From the IMG/VR virus record IMGVR_UViG_3300019742_000002, positions 27,724-91,723 of that record: a stretch of DNA of 64,000 bases; one strand, given 5' to 3'. Positions within the stretch are counted from its first letter, which is position 1. Every line of letters starts with the position of its first letter. Below, in pieces: positions 21,698-32,347 of this stretch. Source of the DNA: a virus. Made by a program: the position numbers and the translations under genes. The notes beneath the pieces were generated by a model, which worked only from the letters and a program-made list of their open reading frames with translations, searched no databases and was not told the DNA's origin.

Positions 21698-22042
21698 CTA
21701 ATATTGAAAATCACAGTTAATATCATATAGATAATCATTAAAATCCACTTTATACATACAATTCTCAGCTAGATACTCCAACATATCTTTAAATTTAGGG
21801 TCAATTATATAGGAGTCCTTGGTATCATATCTTTGAGATACAATAGCTATATTAGTTTCATTATATGATATAACTGCTACAAAATCGTGACCTTCACCAA
21901 AATCAAAATTCTTTATATCGTTTTCTAATTCAGCTAATAATTCTTCTCTTGTGAATATATAGTCTTCATACATTAAACCTCTGATTGTATCATTTCTACC
22001 TTGAAGATGGTAAAAGGCTTTTTCTTTTATTTCGAGTTTCAT
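21698..22042 (-). CDS. hypothetical protein
   Basis: ORF with RBS. Confidence 0.6.
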   Translation of the reverse strand: MKLEIKEKAFYHLQGRNDTIRGLMYEDYIFTREELLAELENDIKNFDFGEGHDFVAVISYNETNIAIVSQRYDTKDSYIIDPKFKDMLEYLAENCMYKVDFNDYLYDINCDFQY

Positions 22043-22254
22043 TTATTAGTCCTTATATTATCTACTAAGATATTTTATTATGGATTTTTCACATTCTAAC
22101 TCATCTTGTATAATTTTTAGTGTTTCTTTTGCTTGTATTTCCAATTCTAATAATTTTAGAATTCTTTTCTCTTTACTTGTGATTACATCTTTAATTTTAT
22201 CAGTCATAATTTAATCCTTTTAATTTATTATATACTAACTAACTTAAATTCTAC

Positions 22255-23364
22255 CTAAAACTCCCACAAAATCTCATCAAATTCATCATAACATGGCACA
22301 GTAAAACTTCTCATCATACCAAGATATACATTATCATGGATAAATTTACCTTTTCTTTCACTTGCTCTTTGTTTAATAATTTCCAAAGATGTACAAAATA
22401 TGATGGACTTTTTGTGATAGTCTTTAGGGATAGAGTGAAGCCATTTTCGTCTTGATTTAATACTAAGATTTGTCATATCAATAATAATATTTTCTCTATC
22501 TTTAACAGCCTTTTGGAACTTCTTTTGGACTAATTTATCAATCTCTTTGTGTAGGTCATTTTCGGTTAGATATTTCCAAGCTTGATTATAGTTCATATTA
22601 TCGTCTATTTTAGAAATATAATCCATCATAGTATTATCTCTACTAATTACAACCTCATCTTTAATATTGTTTTTTATGTATGTAGATTTACCTGATGAGG
22701 GTAATCCTGTCAATAAAGTTATATTTTTACTTTTATTAATAATAGGTTCATTTGAGGTGTATTTTAGAAAGGTATCTTCATTAAAAATATCTTTACCTAA
22801 TCTAAGAGTATCCTCTTTTTTTGAAAATTCATCACCAAATCTTCCTAAAGAATCATATTTAACTTGATTTACAAGTGTGTAGTAATCCTCTATATCTCTG
22901 AATTTAGAAACTAACTTTTCTGGTTTATATTCCATTCCATCTTTAATATGATTAAAAAGAGTTCCGTGTAATGAAATAGCATTAAGAATTTCTGACTTTT
23001 CTTCATCACTTAATTCAATTTCTTTTTGAAGATTATTAAGAATTTCTATAGCTAACCAAAAGGAGATTCCTTCGTGTCCTTTAAAAAATGTGCGTTGTTT
23101 CTCATTATCAATTTCTAAAGATTTTGGTTTTCCTATATCGTGGAGTAAAGCCACAATTTTGTTAATTTTAGTAGCATTATATAGTTCAGCTACTTTACAA
23201 ACCATCATTAAATGTGTCCATATTTGTCCTTCTATATGATATGGGTTAATACTATCTTTGTAATGATGGGTACAACTTTCCATATCTTTTGTTAGCTTGG
23301 GTTGAGTTACTTGAAACCATTTTATTAGTTCGTTCATAGTTGGGTTTTGTTTATTTTTGAACAT
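22255..23364 (-). CDS. HD-domain phosphohydrolase fused to P-loop (AAA_33/PNK-like) kinase
   Basis: HIEG..WTH, LLHDIGKP, GHE; GLPSSGKST, IIDMTNL..R. Confidence 0.88.
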   Translation of the reverse strand: MFKNKQNPTMNELIKWFQVTQPKLTKDMESCTHHYKDSINPYHIEGQIWTHLMMVCKVAELYNATKINKIVALLHDIGKPKSLEIDNEKQRTFFKGHEGISFWLAIEILNNLQKEIELSDEEKSEILNAISLHGTLFNHIKDGMEYKPEKLVSKFRDIEDYYTLVNQVKYDSLGRFGDEFSKKEDTLRLGKDIFNEDTFLKYTSNEPIINKSKNITLLTGLPSSGKSTYIKNNIKDEVVISRDNTMMDYISKIDDNMNYNQAWKYLTENDLHKEIDKLVQKKFQKAVKDRENIIIDMTNLSIKSRRKWLHSIPKDYHKKSIIFCTSLEIIKQRASERKGKFIHDNVYLGMMRSFTVPCYDEFDEILWEF

Positions 23365-23788
23365 TTGTTTCCTTTACAAACCCATAAGCCATACAACCAA
23401 ATCTAACATCTAAATCAATATCATCAATACCTTTAATACTCACCTTACCTGATATTGATGTCAATTTAGTTCCATTTGGTATAAAATTATATAAACTAAG
23501 AGGAATCACAACAAGTCTATTATCCCAATTACCAAATCCTAATTCATAAAGTTCTTCTTTTGAATATATAGAAAAATCAATTCCTTTAACTTGATTAGGT
23601 ATATTATTCATAGCTAATTTAAGCTCTTTTACACAAAAATCAGAACTCCAATTATATGCACAAATCTGTGCAGAAGTTCTTGATAAACTATCATTGTGTA
23701 ACCTAATAATATCTTTTATGGAAACCCTTTCAATTACAATATCGTATCCACTTTTAAACTCTCTTGTGTATATTTTTTTATTAATCAT
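23351..23788 (-). CDS. hypothetical protein
   Basis: ORF ending DLDVRFGCMAYG; RBS and early promoter. Confidence 0.65.
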   Translation of the reverse strand: MINKKIYTREFKSGYDIVIERVSIKDIIRLHNDSLSRTSAQICAYNWSSDFCVKELKLAMNNIPNQVKGIDFSIYSKEELYELGFGNWDNRLVVIPLSLYNFIPNGTKLTSISGKVSIKGIDDIDLDVRFGCMAYGFVKETNVQK

Positions 23789-23862
23789 CTTTATACCTTT
23801 TATTTTTATTAATTATATCAAAATCAAACTTTAATAAAGCTTAATCAAAATCTTCACAAAAA

Positions 23863-24078
23863 CTACTTTATGAGTTTTGTCCTGTTTATATCTTTTGCTA
23901 CTCTTGGTTTACATTTAATAGCAACTATAGTATTAGGGTCTATAAAATATCTCACAAGAGCTACATGGTCTAAATCATATCTATCACATTCGTCAATAGC
24001 ATCTCTAATCTCTTTTGGTGATACAGCATAATCACACCCATTTAGTATTAATATAGCAATTAGTATTATTGTTTTCAT
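23863..24078 (-). CDS. small putative lipoprotein
   Basis: MKTIILIAILILNGC lipobox. Confidence 0.6.
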   Translation of the reverse strand: MKTIILIAILILNGCDYAVSPKEIRDAIDECDRYDLDHVALVRYFIDPNTIVAIKCKPRVAKDINRTKLIK

Positions 24079-24686
24079 TTATTTAGTCATTTTTTTATTT
24101 ATTATATCCAAACTAAACTTCAGTATAGTTTAATTGAAAGCTATTATATCAAAGATTTCTCTTCTTTAATATATTTTATCTCATTTTCAATATACTTTAC
24201 CTCTAAATCAGTTAAAATATTTTCGTATTCTACTAATAAACCTATCAAAGATTTCTCTTTATCTACAAGTAGTTGAAGTTTTCCTCTCTTCATGGTATCA
24301 TTAAAACCTTCTATTTTGCTTTTTAAAGATGTTCTCATTTTAAATCCTTTTCTTTTTAATTTATTTATTATACCCTCTTTAGACTTTAATATAACTTAAA
24401 CTATAAACTATAACTATTTCACTAAAATCATCTCACCATTTTCAACATTATTATCATATATAGTAGTAAATCTATATCCACCTATATTAACATTAAATCT
24501 ACTAATCTTTTCAAAAGGTTTTATATATGATGTACTATTACCGTATTCTTTGAATTGAATATTATAACTAATAATCAAATAAAAGATTTTTGTATTGGCT
24601 AAGATATATTTAAAATCTTCTATACTTGTGTCTATGTTTAAACTTATTTGTCTTATGGCTTCATAATTAAGAGTCATCCAACATCC

Positions 24687-26051
24687 TTATTTAATTAACT
24701 TTACAGCATTTTTAGCCTCTTCTATAGATTTTCCTGATGCTATCGTTGAAATAAATATAGCATCTTGTCGAACCTTAGTCTCGTACTCTTTAGTTTTAGT
24801 TTCCAGCATTTTAGCAAATTTAGTACCTCTATTATTTACATCGGATAAATATTTTGTGGTGTGAGTATCATCAATTTGAATTTGCATAAGATTTTCTACT
24901 ACTGTATGTACCTTTTCAGCCGTTGCTTCGGTTAATCCTGATACCAATATTGATGTCTCTTCCCACATTTTTTGAAAATCATCTACATTGGATAATAAAG
25001 AACCTATAGCTGATTCATCAGTTAAATCTGCTTTCTTAGATGGTAAATCTTGACCTAGTTTTATAATAGTTGCTTGTGTCGCTATAAAAGCTCCTTCTAC
25101 TTTAACTACCCTATCATTTAATTTGGCTATATGTGATTGAATTTGAGATTTAAGTAAAGTATCTCTAATTGGTATATCGGAGGGATTATCATAAACCTCT
25201 AATTCAACATTTAATTTATTGAGAATTTCATTAGATGCTTTTGATTGAGCTACCATATTTGATTTTGCTTCTTGTAAACCCTCAGCTATTACTATTAATT
25301 TCTCGTGCTTATCATAGATGATACCAAACAATTCATCAATATTTACTTGTACAGATTTATGTTCTGTTTGAATATCTTTAACCGAGTTTCCTATAGAATT
25401 GATAAGAGGTATCTTATTAAAATACTTATTAATAAGTGATATTTTTGTTGGTTTATTCGTTTGTAATTCCTCAATCTTACTCTTAGCTTCCATAAAAGAT
25501 TTAACTAATAATTTATTATCCCCTAGCGAATGTTCATTATTAATTTTCTTAGATACTTCGGAGGTTTCCGATATAACCTTTTGAAATTGTTCTTTAAGTG
25601 ATGAGGTGTTGTCTATGTCTATATGAACCTCTTTAGCTTCTTGAATTAGTTCAGTTACGGGTAACATATTTTTACCTTTATTTGTCATTTCTTCTTTCAG
25701 TTGTAGTCTTTTATATTCACTTTTCCTAGCTTGTGAAATAGTTGAATAAATAGAGTCTATAGCTTTTTCTATAATTGTAGATGATACCTCTTGATATATA
25801 CCACATTCCAATTTAAAACCTTCTAACCATTCTTGATTATCATTTATTGGTATAAATTTGATTTTTGTGTCATATAAATATAATCTTCCTTCAATACCTC
25901 CGCATTCCTCTACTATATCAAAATATTCTTTTGAGGTTCTATCTTGGTAGAACTTTAGATAATATCGAGATTTGTCTGCATCAACACTCTCTATAACATC
26001 ATAACTATTATTATATCTCTTTACAATCAAATTTTTATAAACTTCGTTCAT
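24687..26051 (-). CDS. coiled-coil protein, TelA/KlaA (toxic anion resistance)-like C-terminal part
   Basis: Helical; KIPLI..KSVQVNIDELF pattern; internal RBS+ATG at 25667. Confidence 0.45.
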   Translation of the reverse strand: MNEVYKNLIVKRYNNSYDVIESVDADKSRYYLKFYQDRTSKEYFDIVEECGGIEGRLYLYDTKIKFIPINDNQEWLEGFKLECGIYQEVSSTIIEKAIDSIYSTISQARKSEYKRLQLKEEMTNKGKNMLPVTELIQEAKEVHIDIDNTSSLKEQFQKVISETSEVSKKINNEHSLGDNKLLVKSFMEAKSKIEELQTNKPTKISLINKYFNKIPLINSIGNSVKDIQTEHKSVQVNIDELFGIIYDKHEKLIVIAEGLQEAKSNMVAQSKASNEILNKLNVELEVYDNPSDIPIRDTLLKSQIQSHIAKLNDRVVKVEGAFIATQATIIKLGQDLPSKKADLTDESAIGSLLSNVDDFQKMWEETSILVSGLTEATAEKVHTVVENLMQIQIDDTHTTKYLSDVNNRGTKFAKMLETKTKEYETKVRQDAIFISTIASGKSIEEAKNAVKLIK

Positions 26052-26683
26052 CTCTATTTCCTTTTATTTAAAATCTTTTATAGATTTATTAAATCTAATC
26101 ATTTGTTTCGCAATCATCTTGAACAAATTTTCCTAAGGTATATTTTCCATTTCAATATCTTTCAAAAATTTCTTAAGATTAGATGTATAAAATCTATGAG
26201 TTCCTGAAATATATTCAGAGATTATACTTATTTTGTCTATCCACTTTTTTTGAATATCTACTATAAAAGTAGCATCTAATCCCAGAGGTTTGTAATATAT
26301 CTCGTAAACCTCTTTATTTGATTTTATTATCGTTGTCATATTTTTCCTTTAGTATATCTATTAATTCTACAAAATTTATCAAAATTAGATTAGGATTTTC
26401 TTTCATTTCTAAATTTAAACTTAATAAATCTATATTATTTAAGGTTTCAAATTGAGCTATATTACCTTTAACTAATGTGTCTTCATTTATTTTAGATAGT
26501 GAATGGTATAAAAATTCATTATATTTATCATAAATAGATACCAAAATCTCCTTGAAATCTTTTGTTACTAAATATTTAGTCATCCTTATCTCCTTTGAAA
26601 TATTTTTTTAACCATCTTTTATCCTTTTTTTTATTTTTTAAGATATGTAATTATCTACTAACTAAGCTTATATATAACTTAAA

Positions 26684-26986
26684 CTATAAAAGTATTTCAC
26701 TAATTACCCTACTATCAATATTATTATCTCTAAAAAAATCTATAGTAAACCTCTCTTCATCTAATATACTTTGTAAACCCTCATCTCTTGTTTTATAAAG
26801 TTGAAATTCAAATACTGAATTAGACTTGTTATCTTGGTCTGGATTTGTATGGTAAAAATAATTTATTTGTATATCATCCCCATCCGAGAGAATTTTAATT
26901 CCAATTACCTCTATTTCTATCACCTCACCTTTCTTAGATTCCACAAAACCTATATCACCTACATCATACTTAGTTTCTATTTTCAT
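26684..26986 (-). CDS. hypothetical protein
   Basis: MKIETKYDVGD start; RBS and early promoter. Confidence 0.6.
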   Translation of the reverse strand: MKIETKYDVGDIGFVESKKGEVIEIEVIGIKILSDGDDIQINYFYHTNPDQDNKSNSVFEFQLYKTRDEGLQSILDEERFTIDFFRDNNIDSRVISEILL

Positions 26987-27072
26987 CTTTTATCCTTTTT
27001 TATTTTTAATATTTCTAATTATATACTAACTAAGCTTAAAGTTTTATAAATAAATATAAAAAGGAGTATAAA

Positions 27073-27321
27073 ATGGCAAATACAGCTTATGAAGAATATC
27101 CTAAATCAAATTCTTGGGTAAAAGTAGATTATATAACAACAGGGTTTCAGGCTAAAAATCCAAGAGGTTTTGAATATGGTATAAAAACTGTTGATTCATT
27201 ACCCTTAGACACCGATGAGATTTTTACTTGTGTATATTTAGAAACTGTTACATACGCAACAGGTAATTTTCTATATGTTAGAAATAAAGAACAAAATATT
27301 AATATTACAGTGAGGGTTTAA
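27073..27321 (+). CDS. small late protein of tail-fibre module
   Basis: TATAAATA and AAGGAG upstream. Confidence 0.65.
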   Translation: MANTAYEEYPKSNSWVKVDYITTGFQAKNPRGFEYGIKTVDSLPLDTDEIFTCVYLETVTYATGNFLYVRNKEQNINITVRV

Positions 27322-27323
27322 TT

Positions 27324-30300
27324 ATGAGTACAGATTGGGACGGAATAGGTGGAGGAGGTACGACTACTCCTGTTGTGGATAACTTAACATCCACCAGTAC
27401 AACAGATGCACTTTCAGCTAATCAGGGAAGGGAACTAAAGGTTTTAGTAGATGGTATAATAACAGGTATAAGAATAATAGATAATTGGAATGCTACTACA
27501 AATACTCCTGATATTTCCATAGTAACTCAATCAGGAGATGCCTATATAGTAAATATAGCAGGTTCTACTGATATTGGAGGAATAACCGATTGGAAAATAA
27601 ATGATATTGCTTTAAAAACTGATTCGGGTTGGCTTAAAATAGACAATACAGAAGATGTCACTATACTTAAAGATGCTGATATTGGCGTAAATGTACAAGC
27701 TTATGATGTAGATATAGTTTCGGATTCAAATTATATACACACTGATAATAACTATACTACAACCGAAAAAACCAAATTAAGTAATATAGAAGAAAATGCC
27801 AAAGATGACCAAAATGCAAGTGAAATTCCTACTACTAATATAATAGGTACTCCTACAATAGCAAATGATGTCAAACAACAATTAGACTATGTTAATACAA
27901 GTGGTATTATTGAAGGTTGTGACTTAACCGATAATGGAGATGGTACAATTTCTACCTCTGATGGACATGCTTTTCTTAGACCTACTAGTGGAGATGATTT
28001 ATCTCCTTTAATATTAGTCCAAGGTACAGGTACAACTAATATCACTTTAATTGATGGTGAAACAAATTATGTCTATTTAGACTATAATGGCGGAAGTCCT
28101 ATTTGTAAATCAACTACAATTCAAAGTGATATAGATTGTCAATCAAAATGTTTAGCTTATATTATTTATAGAAATGGTACTAAACTTCATGTAATAGATG
28201 ATAGACAACATGGATTAGATGCTAGTAGGAAATCAAGAAAAGTTATGAGAAGTCTATCAAGATTTATTCATCAAGGTGATGGTTCTATTTTAGGAGAAGT
28301 TGGTAATCTCGGATTGAGTTTAACATCAGGTAGTTTTTTCTATACAGTCACAGAAATACCTCATCCTGCTTTTGATACAAGTATAGTTGGTACAGCTAAT
28401 GAAAATACTTTTGTACTTCATTATAGAGATGGATTAGGTGGATTCATTGATGTAGAAGGTGTTAAAGTAATAGATTCAACTGTTTATGATAATGGATCGG
28501 GGATTCCTACAAGTATCTCAAATAATAAATATGGTGTATCATGGGTATATATATTGAATGATACTCCTAGTGAACTTCATGTTGTGATGGGTCAAGATGA
28601 GTATGGAAGTCAATCAGAAGCTGAAAATGCTTCGTTACCAAGTACATTACCTAATATATTGGTTGGATTAGGTGCTTTAGTTGGATTTGTAGTTTATCAA
28701 GAGGGTAGTATTAATTTTGATAATATATTAAGTGCTTTAGGTAGAACTTTTAGCTCATCTTCTCCGACTGAACATGACGGATTAAGTGGATTAAATGTAG
28801 GTGATTATCAACATTTAACAGTTGATGAAAAAACTTATATAACTTCTAATATAGAAGATTTGTTACAAATTAATTTAGATACTAATGAACCAACAGGTTT
28901 TATTAGAGAACAAAAACAAACTTTAGGAGTAATAGAATTTAGTCCAGACGGAACTAAAATAATATCCAAAAAAGGAGACGAAACCATTTCTATCAGAACA
29001 GATGGATTATTTTATGACGGTTCTATAGCTACAGCTAGAGAATTTGCTATTAGTCCTTTATCTGTTGTAGATGGTGGAGACGATACATTTTCTATCTACA
29101 TTGAAGGTATAAAATACATTAAAACAAGTACTGAAAAAATTACCTTATTAGATACTAGTGGATTAAAATTTGTATACTTTGATAGAGTAACAAAAACACT
29201 TTCTGTTGGTTCTACATTTAGTTTTGATTATTTTGAAGATTCTCCTATTGTTTCTACATTTTATTGGAATACTAATACACAAAAATTAGTAAATTTTGGA
29301 GATGAAAGACATGGTATAACCATGGACGGATTTACTCATAGATACCTACATTTTACCCAAGGTACTAAATACATATCAGGAATGGAGATTCAAGGAATGT
29401 CAAACGGTTCTCCTACATTTACACAAGTTACATCAGGGTTAGCTTATGATGAGGATGTAGATATGTATCCTTTACAACAATCAACTCTACCATTTCTTCA
29501 TAGAGCTGGTACAAGTTGGACTGTTGAAACTGATAATAACAGTATCGCATATTTGGTTGGTGGAGTTACACAATTTAACTGTGATACAAATTATGTAAAT
29601 TATGGTGTATCAGGTGTTGATTATATTCCATCAAACTCTTATGAATTAAGAGATGTTACTGGTAATGATAGAATGATTATGTTCTTTATACTAACTAATA
29701 ATATTGAATTCCCTTATGTTAAAATATTGGGTCAAAAAACTTATGCTAGTTCTACAACTGCTAGAGCTGATGTTGAGAAAGCAATTGAAGAGCTGAAACT
29801 AGATGGACTTCCTACACCAGAATTTATGCCAATTGGAGCTGTGATAGTAGATAGTTCAGGAAATCTTGATGATATTACTTCTGATGAGATATTTGTAGAT
29901 TTAAGAAAATATATAGCAGGTGGAGTTGGTTCTATATCAGGAGTTGCTAGTATTCATAATGATACAACTGGCAGAGATTCGGCAGACGCTCATCCTATAA
30001 GTGCTATTACAAATTTACAAACAGAATTAGACAGTAAGGCTAATATAGTAGGTGGTAACAATTTTACTGGGGCAAATAAGGTTATCCCAGTTGCTACCAA
30101 TACAATGGCATTAGACTTTGCTATTAACACAAACTTTAGAGTAGATACACTTACTGCTACAACAATTACAGCTTTAAATGTAACTGGAGCAAATGGTTTA
30201 AGTGGCAGGATAGAAATAGGAAGTATGGCAACACCAGCTGATACTATTACTGGATGGAGTACAGAATACAATACTGGTGGATTAGGTACTCTGTCATCTA

Positions 30301-30368
30301 CAGGTTTTACGGTTATCGCTTATGTTGTACGAGATGGTATGATTTATCTATACCAAGTAGGTGTATGA
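27324..30368 (+). CDS. tail fibre / receptor-binding structural protein
   Basis: VVDNLTSTSTTDALSANQGRELK, HTDNNYTTTEKTKLS, HPISAITNLQTELDSK fibre motifs; Gly/Thr-rich. Confidence 0.8.
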   Translation: MSTDWDGIGGGGTTTPVVDNLTSTSTTDALSANQGRELKVLVDGIITGIRIIDNWNATTNTPDISIVTQSGDAYIVNIAGSTDIGGITDWKINDIALKTDSGWLKIDNTEDVTILKDADIGVNVQAYDVDIVSDSNYIHTDNNYTTTEKTKLSNIEENAKDDQNASEIPTTNIIGTPTIANDVKQQLDYVNTSGIIEGCDLTDNGDGTISTSDGHAFLRPTSGDDLSPLILVQGTGTTNITLIDGETNYVYLDYNGGSPICKSTTIQSDIDCQSKCLAYIIYRNGTKLHVIDDRQHGLDASRKSRKVMRSLSRFIHQGDGSILGEVGNLGLSLTSGSFFYTVTEIPHPAFDTSIVGTANENTFVLHYRDGLGGFIDVEGVKVIDSTVYDNGSGIPTSISNNKYGVSWVYILNDTPSELHVVMGQDEYGSQSEAENASLPSTLPNILVGLGALVGFVVYQEGSINFDNILSALGRTFSSSSPTEHDGLSGLNVGDYQHLTVDEKTYITSNIEDLLQINLDTNEPTGFIREQKQTLGVIEFSPDGTKIISKKGDETISIRTDGLFYDGSIATAREFAISPLSVVDGGDDTFSIYIEGIKYIKTSTEKITLLDTSGLKFVYFDRVTKTLSVGSTFSFDYFEDSPIVSTFYWNTNTQKLVNFGDERHGITMDGFTHRYLHFTQGTKYISGMEIQGMSNGSPTFTQVTSGLAYDEDVDMYPLQQSTLPFLHRAGTSWTVETDNNSIAYLVGGVTQFNCDTNYVNYGVSGVDYIPSNSYELRDVTGNDRMIMFFILTNNIEFPYVKILGQKTYASSTTARADVEKAIEELKLDGLPTPEFMPIGAVIVDSSGNLDDITSDEIFVDLRKYIAGGVGSISGVASIHNDTTGRDSADAHPISAITNLQTELDSKANIVGGNNFTGANKVIPVATNTMALDFAINTNFRVDTLTATTITALNVTGANGLSGRIEIGSMATPADTITGWSTEYNTGGLGTLSSTGFTVIAYVVRDGMIYLYQVGV

Positions 30369-30955
30369 TGTTTGGATATTTATTAGGTGCTACTAATACT
30401 CAAAGTGAGATAATACCATACGCTAGATACTTATTGAAAAATGATGCAAATGACAGTATAGGGGATAAAGATGGGGCAATTGTAGGAGGTAACATAACTT
30501 TTGATGGTACACAGGCTACTTTTGATGGCAATTCGATAATTCAAACTCAATTAGCTCTAAATATTTATACATACTCTTTTAATTTTAAATTTACACTATT
30601 CTCAACATCTGGGTACACCTTTTTGACAGACTCAACAACCAGAGTAGTAATAGCTGTATATGAGAATAACCTTTTATTATTCAATAATGGATTTATCACA
30701 ATTGATACAAATGTAATAGACATTAATACTGAGTATAATATCGTAGCTGTATTTGATGGTGATCAATCTACTATCAATTTGAATGGGACTACTTATATTA
30801 ACACCATAATACCAACGCAACTTGCGTCTTTTTTTTTAATGGGTGGGGAAAAGAGCAACACTGCTGGTCTTGCTCTGGATGGAACTATGCGTAACTTTAA
30901 TGTCTATGACAGAGCTTTAACTGAAAGTGAAATAAACATATTAGCAAATCAATAA
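30365..30955 (+). CDS. LamG/concanavalin A-like lectin domain protein
   Basis: ANDSIG...FDGNS, GTMRNFNVYDRALTESEI; start taken at ATG overlapping the fibre stop. Confidence 0.8.
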   Translation: MMFGYLLGATNTQSEIIPYARYLLKNDANDSIGDKDGAIVGGNITFDGTQATFDGNSIIQTQLALNIYTYSFNFKFTLFSTSGYTFLTDSTTRVVIAVYENNLLLFNNGFITIDTNVIDINTEYNIVAVFDGDQSTINLNGTTYINTIIPTQLASFFLMGGEKSNTAGLALDGTMRNFNVYDRALTESEINILANQ

Positions 30956-30966
30956 AAGGAAAATAA

Positions 30967-31524
30967 ATGCAAGTATATATATTAAGTACAAAGAAAATAG
31001 AGGATATTAAGATACATAAAAATATGTATTTAAATAAATTGAATGATGTAGAACTTAGAGATTTAGGAGTTCTTAGAGTAGTTATAGACCCTATCTGTAA
31101 TACTAATTTTTATGATATTGAGCAGGTTGGAGTACAAGATGGTAATATTTGGAGAGTTGGTTGTGTATCTACCCCTAAAAGCATTGAAGATATTAAGATA
31201 TATCTTAATGATATAGTTAATAGGGTTGCAAGAGATAAGATTAACGCAATCACTTCAAAATATACTCCAGCAGAGATGGCAGTTTGGTACACGCTAGAAG
31301 CTGAAGCTCTGAATGATGATAGTACAGGAATACTAGGAGCTGAGGCACTTATAGCAGGTATCCCATTTGAAGATTATAGAGATAATATTTTAGCTAAAGC
31401 AACAAGTTTTAAGGATTTCAAGACTCAGGTCTGTGGTACTAGAGCTAAGTTATCTCTACAGATAGAGGCACTCTCTACACTAGAGGAGTGTATTGAGTTT
31501 GAGGTTACTGCTAAGAGTTGGTAA
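30967..31524 (+). CDS. tail fibre assembly/chaperone-like protein
   Basis: Position after fibre; YTPAEMAVW..EAEA..ILAKA pattern. Confidence 0.55.
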   Translation: MQVYILSTKKIEDIKIHKNMYLNKLNDVELRDLGVLRVVIDPICNTNFYDIEQVGVQDGNIWRVGCVSTPKSIEDIKIYLNDIVNRVARDKINAITSKYTPAEMAVWYTLEAEALNDDSTGILGAEALIAGIPFEDYRDNILAKATSFKDFKTQVCGTRAKLSLQIEALSTLEECIEFEVTAKSW

Positions 31525-31675
31525 TTGATAAGTGTAGTTCTTGTTTTTGGTGGTTTGATAGAATTTTATGGTTAGATTGATGTAAATGTTGTAAAGAGCA
31601 TGATAGGACACTACTCAAACAAACACATAACTAGGTACAAAGCTGATGTTTTGTTGTTCAAGTAATGTTTGTAGA
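31518..31675 (+). pseudogene. degraded Cys-rich phospholipase A2-like ORF
   Basis: DKCSSCFWWFD..WLD*CKCCKEHD, frameshift, HYSNKHITRYKADVLLFK. Confidence 0.45.
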
Positions 31676-31766
31676 GTTAGACTAGGTTGGATTGTATATT
31701 CTAAGTTTAAGAGTGTACAATTCCTAAAAATAAAAGATTAAAATATACCAAAGCTAATTAATAAAT

Positions 31767-32234
31767 CTATATATAACTCTCAATAGTAAAATTATCATAA
31801 ACTAATCCAATGTCTAGGGTGATTATTTCATCCTCTGATATTGAGTTAAATTCTAAATCACCTATAGATTCTATTCTAGCTGAATGATATGTAACTTTTA
31901 AAATATTATGCCCATTATCATCTTGTAAAACTATCCAAGCTTGACCTTCTAAATCAGAACCTAATCCCTTATCTTGCTCTCTCATTACAAAAATAGTGCT
32001 CATTATACTTTGCCAAGTTTCTAATTTCTCATCAACTATTATATTTACATTCAAAGCATTAAAAACCAAAGTATCACCCGTTAAAAAACCCTCAACAGAA
32101 CTTTTACTAGTTTTAATATGACTAAAAGCAACACCCGGTAAATTTACTTGTTGAATGTTATAAAGTACATTATCTGTAAATAGAGTTGTTCCAAAATAAT
32201 AATTAGAATTATGAGTAAAGTTTTTGTTTGACAT
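31767..32234 (-). CDS. 3: tail completion / sheath stabiliser (T4 gp3-like)
   Basis: QQVNLPG, GDTLVFNALNVNIIVDEKLETW matches the gp3 pattern. Confidence 0.82.
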   Translation of the reverse strand: MSNKNFTHNSNYYFGTTLFTDNVLYNIQQVNLPGVAFSHIKTSKSSVEGFLTGDTLVFNALNVNIIVDEKLETWQSIMSTIFVMREQDKGLGSDLEGQAWIVLQDDNGHNILKVTYHSARIESIGDLEFNSISEDEIITLDIGLVYDNFTIESYI

Positions 32235-32347
32235 AAATACCTCTTTGATAATATTTATAAATAGTTATATAATACCAAAATAAACTTAAAATAACCTTAA
32301 TTTTAAATAAAATTACACTATAATTAATAAAACATAAAGGAGAATGA

